A stretch of 64,000 bases of DNA, taken from Solirubrobacteraceae bacterium. GTDB taxonomy: Bacteria; Actinomycetota; Thermoleophilia; Solirubrobacterales; Solirubrobacteraceae. Made by a program: the position numbers and the translations under genes. Where the stretch lies: assembly GCA_035555155.1 (NCBI GenBank), contig DATMGZ010000019.1, positions 3,130-67,129 on the forward strand. Reading direction: 5' to 3'. Below, piece by piece: positions 18,501-34,106 of this stretch. Position 1 is the first letter of the stretch. Every line of letters starts with the position of its first letter. The notes beneath the pieces are model-generated. The model had not been told where the DNA came from, did not search any database, and worked only from the letters and a program-made list of their open reading frames with translations.

Positions 18501-19478
18501 AGACAGCTCCAGGGCCGCGCCGCGGACGCCGAGCGGCTGTGCCGATCGGCGATCGCCGCGGCCGAGCGCGCGGGTGAGACGCGGGCGCTCGCCGTGGCGT
18601 GCAACCTGCTCGACTGGGCGCTCGTCGAGCAGGGGCGTCCGGCCGAGGCGACCAACTCGCCGCGGGCGCTCGCGATCTACCGACGGCTCGGCGACCCCGA
18701 GCAGGAATCGGTCGTGCTCAACAACCTCGGGATGTACGCATACTTCCGGGGCGACTGGGACGCGGCCGTGGATCTCTATAGCGCCGCGGCACTGTGCAGC
18801 GACCGGTCCGGCAACGTGGCCGACGGCGCCTACACGGACTGCAACGTCGGCGAGATCCTGTCCGACCAGGGCCACCTCGAGCAGGCGGCGATCCACCTCG
18901 GTCGGGCACGGCGCGTATGGAGCTCGACCGGAGACGAGGCGGGGGTGGCGTTCGTCGACCTGCTGTCGGGGCGACTCGCCGTCAGACGGGGGCAGCGCGT
19001 CGAGGGGATCGCGCTACTGGAGTCCGCCGCGAGCTCGCTGGCGAGGATGCGGGTCGATGGCGACGCCCACCTCGCGCAGGCGCTGATCGCCGAGGCCGAG
19101 GCGCTCGACGGAGACCCCGCTCGGGCGATCGAGATCGCCCGGCGCCTGCTCGCGGGCGGCGAGCGCTCGGCCGCGCTCCTGCACCGCGTCTACGGCACGG
19201 CGCTGGCACGGCTCGGCGACCTGGTCGGGGCTGCGTTCGAGCTCGACCGCTCGCTCCGCGCCGCCCGCGCGCGCGGGGCCGACTACGAGATCGTCTCGAC
19301 GCTCGACGTGCTCGATCGGCTCGATCGGCGCAGCGGCGTGTCGGACCCGGTGCGAACGGCCGAGCGGGACGCGCTGCTGATGCGGCTCCGGATCGAGCGC
19401 ATGCCGGAGCCCGCACTCGGCGCTGGCCGGCGCCAAACGGACCGTCGCATTCAACTGGAATCCGGGCTTTTTACGTGA
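15594..19478 (+). CDS. Class III adenylate cyclase (two tandem catalytic domains) - STAND NTPase - TPR protein, sAC/ADCY10-like architecture
   Basis: C1 FVDVSGFT...LLKFGGDAM; C2 GKIMLSAGAP...TYTVMGDTVNLAARLM; Walker A GETGSGKS; C-terminal TPR-like repeats (VLNNLGMYAY, TDCNVGEIL). Confidence 0.9.
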   Translation: MSGEIDGTAGPKRVLTESSIGRFDRFVPRVLLQRLALAPDVRVEQLDGTGVFVDVSGFTRLSERLARAGREGAEQLVDAIDSCFSPLLADAYAGGGSLLKFGGDAMLIWFGGEGHALRACGSAVAMRRKLRRVGRVPVGDRHVVLRMSVGIHTGAYESFLVGESHREHVIAGPAATTVVGMEALAETGQILISEATAALLPDRCLGRRRGPGVVLARAPAERSAAPAELPARPADDAVAACLSTQLRAHVASAPATPEHRLATVAFLQFGALDGLLRDRGADAAADALERTVCAVQAAADRFGICFLGSDVAAGGGKIMLSAGAPRAAGDDEERMLLALRQVVEDEPPLPVRIGVNRGSVFAGEVGPHYRRTYTVMGDTVNLAARLMAKAPPGRVYCTAGVLERSSTSFETTALDPFWVKGKAKAVQAWEVGRGRRARSAGPARPRLPLIGRGRELAALEEALAGARAGHGALIELVGETGSGKSRLLSESRARAADMRFVHTTCEVYTQETPYVAWRDPLRQLLGLTWADADEIVLDRLRAGLDATDPELLPWLPLLGIAIDADAPPTREVAELAAEYRAAKLHEVVLRLLSGALKVPTLVQIEHAHLMDDASAALLGALAMVIGTSAWVVIATRRDMPQGFAADADEHRRVELGPLSREDALALAEASPEAEAVPPHLVAQAVERAGGSPEFLLDLLAAAAGGSVSLPDSIDAAASARIDALDAGDRTLVRRAAVLGVSFHPRRLRDVLAPEDPEPDERTWERLSSLFARDPDGHVRFKRPALREVAYEGLPYRVRRRLHAAVAESLESERGQHVDADPAVLSLHFILAGDHLRAHRYALIGAERATARFAHADAARLYRRAIETARVAGVGPAELATTWERLGGALQRIGEPKAASAALTNARRLVRGSSLDEARLHYRHARIAERSGRLPAEVRWIRRGLRVLDGVDGTEAQVWRARLISALAGVRQLQGRAADAERLCRSAIAAAERAGETRALAVACNLLDWALVEQGRPAEATNSPRALAIYRRLGDPEQESVVLNNLGMYAYFRGDWDAAVDLYSAAALCSDRSGNVADGAYTDCNVGEILSDQGHLEQAAIHLGRARRVWSSTGDEAGVAFVDLLSGRLAVRRGQRVEGIALLESAASSLARMRVDGDAHLAQALIAEAEALDGDPARAIEIARRLLAGGERSAALLHRVYGTALARLGDLVGAAFELDRSLRAARARGADYEIVSTLDVLDRLDRRSGVSDPVRTAERDALLMRLRIERMPEPALGAGRRQTDRRIQLESGLFT

Positions 19479-19711
19479 GATCGCGCACAGATCGCGAGGG
19501 CGCCGGTCATGCCGGCGAAGCTCGCCCCGCCACGGCGCCGTGCCCATCCGTCCGCATCCTCCTTGCCCGCGAGCCGGTTTGCCCGTACACTGACCGGCGT
19601 TAGCCGATAGTCGTAGCCGCCCACATCTGAACGGCAACCGCGCCACATACGCGGCCGCCGGGGCGGGGTCCGTGAGAGCTGGCGAGTCCTGCACAGGGCC
19701 GCGATGCCGTG

Positions 19712-19720
19712 TGCTATCTT
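19712..19720 (+). promoter_or_regulatory. Putative extended -10 promoter of rpoBC
   Basis: TGcTATCTT about 80 nt upstream of the rpoB start. Confidence 0.45.
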
Positions 19721-19800
19721 TGCTGGTCGCGCATCGGGAGCCGTCGCGCCTCCGACCGCACTTCCTGCTCGCCTCTCGATTTCTCCGAGGAGTCGCCGTC

Positions 19801-23466
<3,666 letters not shown>

Positions 23467-23524
23467 TCCGGCGCGGCCAATCACCGCACTCCTCCTCCGA
23501 CCGACACAACACTGAAGGAACCGC

Positions 23525-27619
<4,095 letters not shown>

Positions 27620-27634
27620 GCACTCGATCGCAGT

Positions 27635-27665
27635 GGCGTCCGGGCGGCCTCGCCGCCCGGACGCC
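27635..27665 (+). terminator. Hairpin after rpoC
   Basis: GGCGTCCGGGCGGC-CTC-GCCGCCCGGACGCC, 14-bp perfect stem, no U-tract. Confidence 0.7.
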
Positions 27666-27757
27666 GCAGATCACCGCTGTTGTGGCGCGACCAGTGCTCG
27701 CCGTCGAACGGTCGCGGGTCCAGATGAACGGCGCCGTTTGGTCGCGGCGTCGTCCTC

Positions 27758-27781
27758 TACAATCTGTGAATCCAGATTCAC
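27758..27781 (+). promoter_or_regulatory. -10 box TACAAT with adjacent palindromic operator GTGAATC-CA-GATTCAC
   Basis: TACAAT at 27758-27763; perfect 7-2-7 palindrome at 27766-27781 over the predicted transcription start of the ACAD pair. Confidence 0.65.
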
Positions 27782-27807
27782 CTGGTTGAGCGGAGAGGAG
27801 ACGACTC

Positions 27808-29016
27808 GTGGACTTGAACGACACGCCCGAACAGGCGGCGCATCGCCAGGAGGTCCGGGCCTGGCTCGAGCAGCACAAGGCGCAGGCGCCGCCGCGCTCG
27901 GGCTCCTCCGAGGACACCGACTACACCGATGCCCGCCGCGCCTGGCAGCGCAAGCTGGCCGAGGCCGGCCTGGCCGGCGTGACGTGGCCGCCGGAATACG
28001 GCGGACGCGGCCTTGGGCCGATGGGTCAGGTGACCATCAACCAGGAGATCTCCAGCGCACAGGTCCCCGGGATCCTCGACGTGATCGGGATCGGGATGCT
28101 CGGACCCTGCCTGATCGCCCACGGGACCGAGGCGCAGAAGAGCCGCTACCTGGGCCCGATGCTGCACGGCGACGAGGTATGGTGCCAGCTGTTCTCCGAG
28201 CCCGCCGCGGGCTCCGATCTGGCGGCGGTGCAGGCCCGCGCGCGCCGGAACGACGACGGCACCTGGGCGCTCAACGGGCAGAAGGTATGGACCACCAACG
28301 CCCAGTTCGCCTCCTTCGGCCTCCTGCTGGCGCGCACCGACGCCGACGTCCCCAAGCACAAGGGCCTGACCATGTTCATCGTGCCGATGGACGCTGACGG
28401 GGTCACGATCCGCGGCCTGCGTCAGATCTCCGGCGAGGCTGAGTTCAACGAGGTCTTCTTCGACGACGTCGCGCTGGCCGAGGACGCGGTCGTGGGCGGC
28501 GTCGGCAACGGCTGGGGCACGGCCCTGACCGTGCTCATGTTCGAGCGTCTGACGATCGGCTTCGGCTCCGAGGGCTTCGGTTCCTCGGCGCAGCTGGCCG
28601 CCTCATTGGCCGCCGACCCGGCGGCCCGCGTCGACAGCGACGTGCGCCTGCGGTTCGGCGAGATCGTCACCGAGCTGCTGGCGGTGCGCTACAACGGCTA
28701 TCGCGCCCTGACCACCCTGGCCAAGGGGCAGATCCCGGGGCCCGAGGCCGGATTGGCCAAGGTCACGACGGTCAACGCCGCGATCGGCGCCGGCGAGCTG
28801 ATCGCCGACGTGCTCGGGCCCGAGGCGCTCGAGGCCGAGAGCCAGTGGAGCTACATGATCTCCTTCCTCCCCGGTCTGAAGTCGGCCGGCGGAACCGAGG
28901 CGATCCTGCGCAACACGATCGGAGAGCGTGTGCTGGGCCTGCCGCCCGAGCCGCGCCTGGACAAGGGCGTGCCATTCAGCGAGTTGCGAGCCAAGGAGAG
29001 GGAGGCGGTGGCCTGA
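27808..29016 (+). CDS. Acyl-CoA dehydrogenase (FadE26/FadE17-like subunit)
   Basis: WCQLFSEPAAGSDL, NGQKVWTT, EFNEVFFDDV, GGTEAILRNTIGERVLGLP. Confidence 0.92.
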   Translation: MDLNDTPEQAAHRQEVRAWLEQHKAQAPPRSGSSEDTDYTDARRAWQRKLAEAGLAGVTWPPEYGGRGLGPMGQVTINQEISSAQVPGILDVIGIGMLGPCLIAHGTEAQKSRYLGPMLHGDEVWCQLFSEPAAGSDLAAVQARARRNDDGTWALNGQKVWTTNAQFASFGLLLARTDADVPKHKGLTMFIVPMDADGVTIRGLRQISGEAEFNEVFFDDVALAEDAVVGGVGNGWGTALTVLMFERLTIGFGSEGFGSSAQLAASLAADPAARVDSDVRLRFGEIVTELLAVRYNGYRALTTLAKGQIPGPEAGLAKVTTVNAAIGAGELIADVLGPEALEAESQWSYMISFLPGLKSAGGTEAILRNTIGERVLGLPPEPRLDKGVPFSELRAKEREAVA

Positions 29017-30146
29017 TGGATTTCGACCTGTCCTATGAGCAGGGCCTTTTGCGCGAGGCGGCGCGTGGCGCGCTCGCGCGCCACAAGACGGTCGAGGCCG
29101 CCCGCGCGGCCCTCGAGGATCCGACGGCGCTGCCCGACCTGTGGCCCACGGCGGTCGACGCCGGCTGGCCGGGGCTGCTGATCGGCGATGAGCACGGCGG
29201 CGCAGGGCTCGGCGCCTTCGATGCGCTGCTGGTGGCCGAGGAATGCGGTCGTGTGCTCGCGGCCGTGCCGCTGCTCGGCCTGATCCCGGCGACGGCGATC
29301 CTCGACACCGCCGGCGACGAGTCGCTGCCCGCGATCGCGCAGGGCGATCTGCGGCCGGCGTACGTGCCGGTCCGGCCGCCCGGCGACGTCGAGTCGGGCT
29401 GGACCGTGGACCCGCGCCGCGGGTTCGCGCGCCCGCCGGCCCCGCACGCCACGGTCGACGGCGACACCGTGACGCTCCATGGGGACGTCGCGTTCGTCCC
29501 CGATGCGCCGGGGGCCGGGCTGCTGGTGGGGATCGGCGTGACCGACGCCGGCGACCCGGTGGCCGTGGCCGTGGCCGCTGACGCCCCCGGCGTCACGGTC
29601 GAGCCGGTGAAGCGCTACGACGCGACCCGATCACTCGGCCACGTGAGCTTCGCCGGCGCGCGGGGCCGGCGGCTCGAGGCCGACGAGGTCGCGCTCGCCG
29701 ACGCCTGGTATCTCGCCCAGGCGCTGATCGCCGCCGAGTCGCTCGGCGCCGTGCAGACGTGCCTCGAGGTGAGCGTCGCCTACGCCAAGGAGCGGTTCAC
29801 CTTCGGCCGGGCGATCGGGTCCTACCAGTCGATCAAGCACGAGCTGACCGAGGTGCTGCGGCAGCTCGAGAACGCCCGCGGGCTGCAGTACTACGCGGGC
29901 TGGGCGCGCGACGCCGAACCGGCCCAGTTCCCGCTGGCGGCGAGCGCCGCCCGCTCGGCGGCGGGGCACGCGCTGGATTACGCCTCGCGCTCGATGATCA
30001 ACGTGCACGGCGGCATCGGCGCCACGTGGGAGCATGACGCGCCGCTGTTCTACCGGCGCGCGCAGCTCTCCGCGCGCCTCGTCGCGGGCACGGACGACGC
30101 GACCGACCGCGTTGCGGGCGAGACGATGGCGGCCGCTACGGCCTGA
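29016..30146 (+). CDS. Acyl-CoA dehydrogenase (short partner subunit, FadE27/FadE18-like)
   Basis: MDFDLSYEQ, YAKERFTFGRAIGSYQSIKH, HGGIGATWEHD; TGATG overlap with the upstream gene; lacks the SEP..GSD motif. Confidence 0.9.
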   Translation: MDFDLSYEQGLLREAARGALARHKTVEAARAALEDPTALPDLWPTAVDAGWPGLLIGDEHGGAGLGAFDALLVAEECGRVLAAVPLLGLIPATAILDTAGDESLPAIAQGDLRPAYVPVRPPGDVESGWTVDPRRGFARPPAPHATVDGDTVTLHGDVAFVPDAPGAGLLVGIGVTDAGDPVAVAVAADAPGVTVEPVKRYDATRSLGHVSFAGARGRRLEADEVALADAWYLAQALIAAESLGAVQTCLEVSVAYAKERFTFGRAIGSYQSIKHELTEVLRQLENARGLQYYAGWARDAEPAQFPLAASAARSAAGHALDYASRSMINVHGGIGATWEHDAPLFYRRAQLSARLVAGTDDATDRVAGETMAAATA

Positions 30147-30675
30147 GCGGCGCGGCGAGCTGGTCGGCCCAGCCGATCAGCTCGCCCACGTGCTCGCCGG
30201 TGATGCCCACCGCGCTGTCCGTGCCCACGAGCAGCGTCGGCGCGGCGCGGCGGGATGCCCACGCCTCGCACTCCGCGCCGAGGGCATCGTCGATCCACGC
30301 CAGCGGTTGCCGCGGCCCGACGTAGCGGTCGATCGCGTCGAGCTTCCAGTGGGCGTGCGAACGGCCGACGTCTCGCTCCAGCGCGAGGTGGGGTAGGGAG
30401 CCCGGCAGCCCGAGCGCGGACGGTAGATATTCGTTTGCCTTCTCCTCCCAGCCTGTGCACCAGACGAGATCGAACCGATCCAACAGGGTGCAGAGGTGTT
30501 CGCCCGCCGTGGCCGAAATGAAATGCGCAATCCCATCCACGAGCTCGAACCGGCCCTCAGGTGGCCGGCTCGGGTCGAAGCCGAACAGCGAGATCACACC
30601 GTCGACGTCGACCAGCAGCAGCGGACGCTCGATGGGCGCCAGATGCAGGGATTTCAGCGGTTCGTCAGCGAGCAC
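30136..30675 (-). CDS. HAD-superfamily protein (Swiss-army-knife RNA-repair-like HAD domain)
   Basis: LLLVDVDGVI (DxD), LVWCTGWE, WKL, AWIDD. Confidence 0.78.
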   Translation of the reverse strand: MLADEPLKSLHLAPIERPLLLVDVDGVISLFGFDPSRPPEGRFELVDGIAHFISATAGEHLCTLLDRFDLVWCTGWEEKANEYLPSALGLPGSLPHLALERDVGRSHAHWKLDAIDRYVGPRQPLAWIDDALGAECEAWASRRAAPTLLVGTDSAVGITGEHVGELIGWADQLAAPLRP

Positions 30676-30876
30676 GTTCGGAGTTTCCGGCGATCAAATG
30701 CCGATTCTTAGCTATCTCTATAGGAGCGCCGCGAACATGCCAGACACGATGAGGCTGTCACGAACGCGACAATTTGGTGTACTACAGACAGCGGATTCAA
30801 GGCGAACGCTTGCGTTGTCGAGTAGTTACAGCGTGAGACTGCGCACCGTTTCGCCTACGGCCGCGCCCCCCACCGT

Positions 30877-31749
30877 ATGACCCCCCTTCTCGGCATCCTG
30901 CTTGCCCTCGTCTGCGCTCTCGCGACGAACCTGGGCTTCCTCTACAAGCATCGCGGCGCGTGCTCCGCGCCCGCGGTCGATATCCAGCATCCGCTGCGCA
31001 CCGCGCGGGCTCTGTTCGCCTCGCGCTGGTTCGCGATCGGAATGCTCGTCGCCGCCGGAGCCTGGCTCTTCCACGTGGCCGCGATGGCGGTGGCCCCGCT
31101 GTCGGTCGTGCAGGCCGTCCTCGCCGCCGGCGTCGTGTTGCTGGCGATCATGGCTGAGCGCATGTTCGGGCTGCGGATCGGTCGCCGCCAGTGGCTTGGC
31201 CTCGGACTCACAGCCGTCGGACTGGTGCTGCTCGGCCTCACACTGCCCGCCAGCCACGGCGCCCACTCGCGCTTCTCGCTGCCCGGCATGATCGCCTTCG
31301 AGGCCGGCCTGATCGGCGTCGGCGCGCTGCTCATCATCGGCCCGCGCATCGGCGCCCCCGCGCACCATCACGGCTTCATGCTCGGAGCCGCCGCCGGGAT
31401 CCTGTTCGGTGTCTCCGATGTGGCCATCAAGGCGATCTCGGGGCTCGTCGGCACCTCCGGCCTGGCCGGCCTGATCTCCCCGTGGATGCTCGTCACCATT
31501 GCCGCCTCCGTCGCCGCCTTCTACGCCTCGGCCAAGGGACTGCAGGACGGGGACGCCGTGCCGGTGATCGCGATCACGGGAACTGCGGCCAACGTCGCCG
31601 GAATCGTGGGCGGCATCATCGTCTTCGGCGACCCGATGTCGGCCAGTCCGCTCGGCATCGTCGTCCAGAGCCTGGCCTTCATGCTCGTCCTCGTCGCCGC
31701 CTGGCTGACGCCGGGCCCCGTGCGGGCCGTCGGCGGCGCCGCGGTCTAG
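30877..31749 (+). CDS. DMT/EamA-like membrane transporter
   Basis: About 9-10 hydrophobic segments; APLSVVQAVLA; KGLQDG. Confidence 0.75.
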   Translation: MTPLLGILLALVCALATNLGFLYKHRGACSAPAVDIQHPLRTARALFASRWFAIGMLVAAGAWLFHVAAMAVAPLSVVQAVLAAGVVLLAIMAERMFGLRIGRRQWLGLGLTAVGLVLLGLTLPASHGAHSRFSLPGMIAFEAGLIGVGALLIIGPRIGAPAHHHGFMLGAAAGILFGVSDVAIKAISGLVGTSGLAGLISPWMLVTIAASVAAFYASAKGLQDGDAVPVIAITGTAANVAGIVGGIIVFGDPMSASPLGIVVQSLAFMLVLVAAWLTPGPVRAVGGAAV

Positions 31750-32534
31750 CTTCTCGCCGCACTGCCCGCGAGCAGTACGTCCGCGACCTGGTCCGGATCG
31801 TCGTACGTCGGCACGTGGCCGCAGTCGGTCAGGGTGATCGATCGCGCCGCAGGAATCTGGCGTGCGGCACGCGCGGCTTGGCGGGGCAGCAGCAGATGGT
31901 CCTTCTCGCCCCAGGCGATCGTGACCGGAACCGTGATCTCCTCGCCGCCGCTGAACGGCTCCGCCAGCATCGCCTCGAGCGTCGGCCCGAACCAGCGTGA
32001 CCCCGCGACGCCACGAACATTGTCGGCGGCGTCCACGGCGCTCATCCGCTCGGGATGGGCGGCCATCTGGCTGAACAACAGCCGCCGGCCCAGCGGCGTG
32101 GCCGCCACCGTGTCGGCGACCGGCGCGAGCAGCCGGGTTGCGTGCAGCATGAACTCGAGCGAGAGCTTCTGGAAGCGCGCCTCGGCGCCCTCGTGAAAGC
32201 CCGCCGGCGAGAGCGCGTTGGCCGATCGGATCCGTCCGGTCCTGGCCAGCTCGAGGGCGATCTGGCCGCCGAGGGAGTTCCCGGCCACGTGGGGCCGGTC
32301 GATGCCGAGCTCGTCGAGGAAGTTGAGTACGAGCCGCGCCAGCGACCGGACGCCCGGCGGCGTGCGCGGCGCCGGGAGCGGGGAGGCGCCGAAGCCCGGG
32401 AGGTCGAGCGCGATCACGCTGCGCCCGGTGGCCAGGCGCTCGAGCACCGGCATCCACACCTGCCAGCGGCTGCCGATCCCGTGGATGAGGACGAGCGGCT
32501 CGCCGCTGCCGTCGCGGTAGTGGTTGAGCATCAT
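31746..32534 (-). CDS. Alpha/beta fold hydrolase
   Basis: LVLIHGIGS, DLPGFG, nucleophile elbow GNSLGG, WGEKD, CGHVP. Confidence 0.9.
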   Translation of the reverse strand: MMLNHYRDGSGEPLVLIHGIGSRWQVWMPVLERLATGRSVIALDLPGFGASPLPAPRTPPGVRSLARLVLNFLDELGIDRPHVAGNSLGGQIALELARTGRIRSANALSPAGFHEGAEARFQKLSLEFMLHATRLLAPVADTVAATPLGRRLLFSQMAAHPERMSAVDAADNVRGVAGSRWFGPTLEAMLAEPFSGGEEITVPVTIAWGEKDHLLLPRQAARAARQIPAARSITLTDCGHVPTYDDPDQVADVLLAGSAARS

Positions 32535-32707
32535 CGCGTACGGCAAGCTATTGCACGCCGCGGGCCCGGTGGGGTTGATGGGCGGCTCCGCGCCTATCCA
32601 TAATGGCCAACAGTGCTGGGCGACTACGCCGAATCAGCTAATTGAGCGGCCCGGATCGGACCGCTACCGTTGTACGAAAAGGCGAACATGTGTCCGAGGG
32701 AGGGCAG

Positions 32708-34099
32708 ATGCCGAGTATCGACGAGGCTGTACGTACCGAACGGAGCACGCTCCAGGAGCTGGCGCACCGGCATCTGTGGATGCATTTCACCCGCATGTCG
32801 GCGTACGACCACGCGCAGATCCCGGTGATCGTGCGCGGGGAGGGGTGCTACGTCTACGACGAGCATGGCAACCGCTACCTCGACGGCCTCTCGGCCCTGT
32901 TCTGCGTCAATATCGGTCACGGTCGCGCCGACATCGCCCAGGCCGGCGCCGATCAGGCCAGAGAGCTCGGCTTCTTCACCAACTGGTCCTACGCGCACCC
33001 GCCGGTGATCGAGCTCGCGGCCAAGGTGGCCTCGCTGGCACCGGGCGATCTCAACCGCGTCTTCTTCACCAGCGGCGGCAGCGAGGCGGTCGAGTCGGCG
33101 ATCAAGCTCTCCCGTCAGTATCACAAGCTGACCGGCAATCCGAACAAGACGAAGCTGATCGCACGCGAGATCGCCTACCACGGCGTCACTCTCGGAGCGC
33201 TCTCGGCGACCGGGATCACCAGCCTGCGCGAGCCGTTCGAGCCGCTCACCCCCGGCGGCTGCCACGTGCTCAACACGAACACCTACCGGATCTCGCCCGG
33301 CGTGGCCGAGCAGGACCTGGTCGAGGCGATCGCCGCCCGGATCGAGTTCGAAGGCCCCGACACCGTCGCGGCGGTGATCCTCGAGCCGGTGCAGAATGCC
33401 GGCGGGTGCTTCGTGCCGCCCGAAGGCTACTTCCAGCGCGTGCGCGAGATCTGCGACGAATACAACGTGATCATGATCTCCGACGAGGTGATCTGCTCGT
33501 GGGGGCGCCTCGGCGAGTGGTTCGGCGCCCAGCGCTACGGCTACGAGCCGGACATCATCACCACGGCCAAGGGGCTGACGAGCGCGTACGCGCCGATGGG
33601 CGCGATGATCGCCTCCGACCGCATCGCGGAGCCGTTCATGGACGGCGCCAACAGCTTCACGCACGGGTTCACGTTCGGAGGCCATCCGATGTCCTCGGCC
33701 ATCGCGATGGCGAACATCGACGCCATGGAGCGCGAGCATGTCCTCGAGAACGTGCGCGAGAACGAGGGCGCGTTCCGGGCCATGCTCGAGTCGCTGCGCG
33801 ACATCCCGATCGTCGGCGACGTCCGTGGCGCCGGCTACTTCCAGGCCATCGAGCTGGTCAAGGACCGGGACACGAAGGAATCCTTCTCCGACGGCGAGTC
33901 CGAGACGCTGCTGCGCGGGTTCCTGTCGGTCGAGCTCTACCGCCGCGGGCTGATCTGCCGCGCAGATGACCGCGGCGACCCGGTGATCCAGCTCTCGCCG
34001 CCGCTGATCAGCGGTCCCCAGCAGTTCGAAGAGATCGAGGCGGTGCTCAGACCCGTGCTGAGCGAGGCCAGCGAACGCATGCACGTCCACCAGGCCTGA
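32708..34099 (+). CDS. Class III (omega-amino acid/amine:pyruvate) aminotransferase
   Basis: LWMHFT, YLDGLSALF, FFTSGGSEAVE, YHGVT, DEVICSWGR, PLP lysine in TTAKGLTS. Confidence 0.92.
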   Translation: MPSIDEAVRTERSTLQELAHRHLWMHFTRMSAYDHAQIPVIVRGEGCYVYDEHGNRYLDGLSALFCVNIGHGRADIAQAGADQARELGFFTNWSYAHPPVIELAAKVASLAPGDLNRVFFTSGGSEAVESAIKLSRQYHKLTGNPNKTKLIAREIAYHGVTLGALSATGITSLREPFEPLTPGGCHVLNTNTYRISPGVAEQDLVEAIAARIEFEGPDTVAAVILEPVQNAGGCFVPPEGYFQRVREICDEYNVIMISDEVICSWGRLGEWFGAQRYGYEPDIITTAKGLTSAYAPMGAMIASDRIAEPFMDGANSFTHGFTFGGHPMSSAIAMANIDAMEREHVLENVRENEGAFRAMLESLRDIPIVGDVRGAGYFQAIELVKDRDTKESFSDGESETLLRGFLSVELYRRGLICRADDRGDPVIQLSPPLISGPQQFEEIEAVLRPVLSEASERMHVHQA

Positions 34100-34106
34100 G
34101 CGTCCG

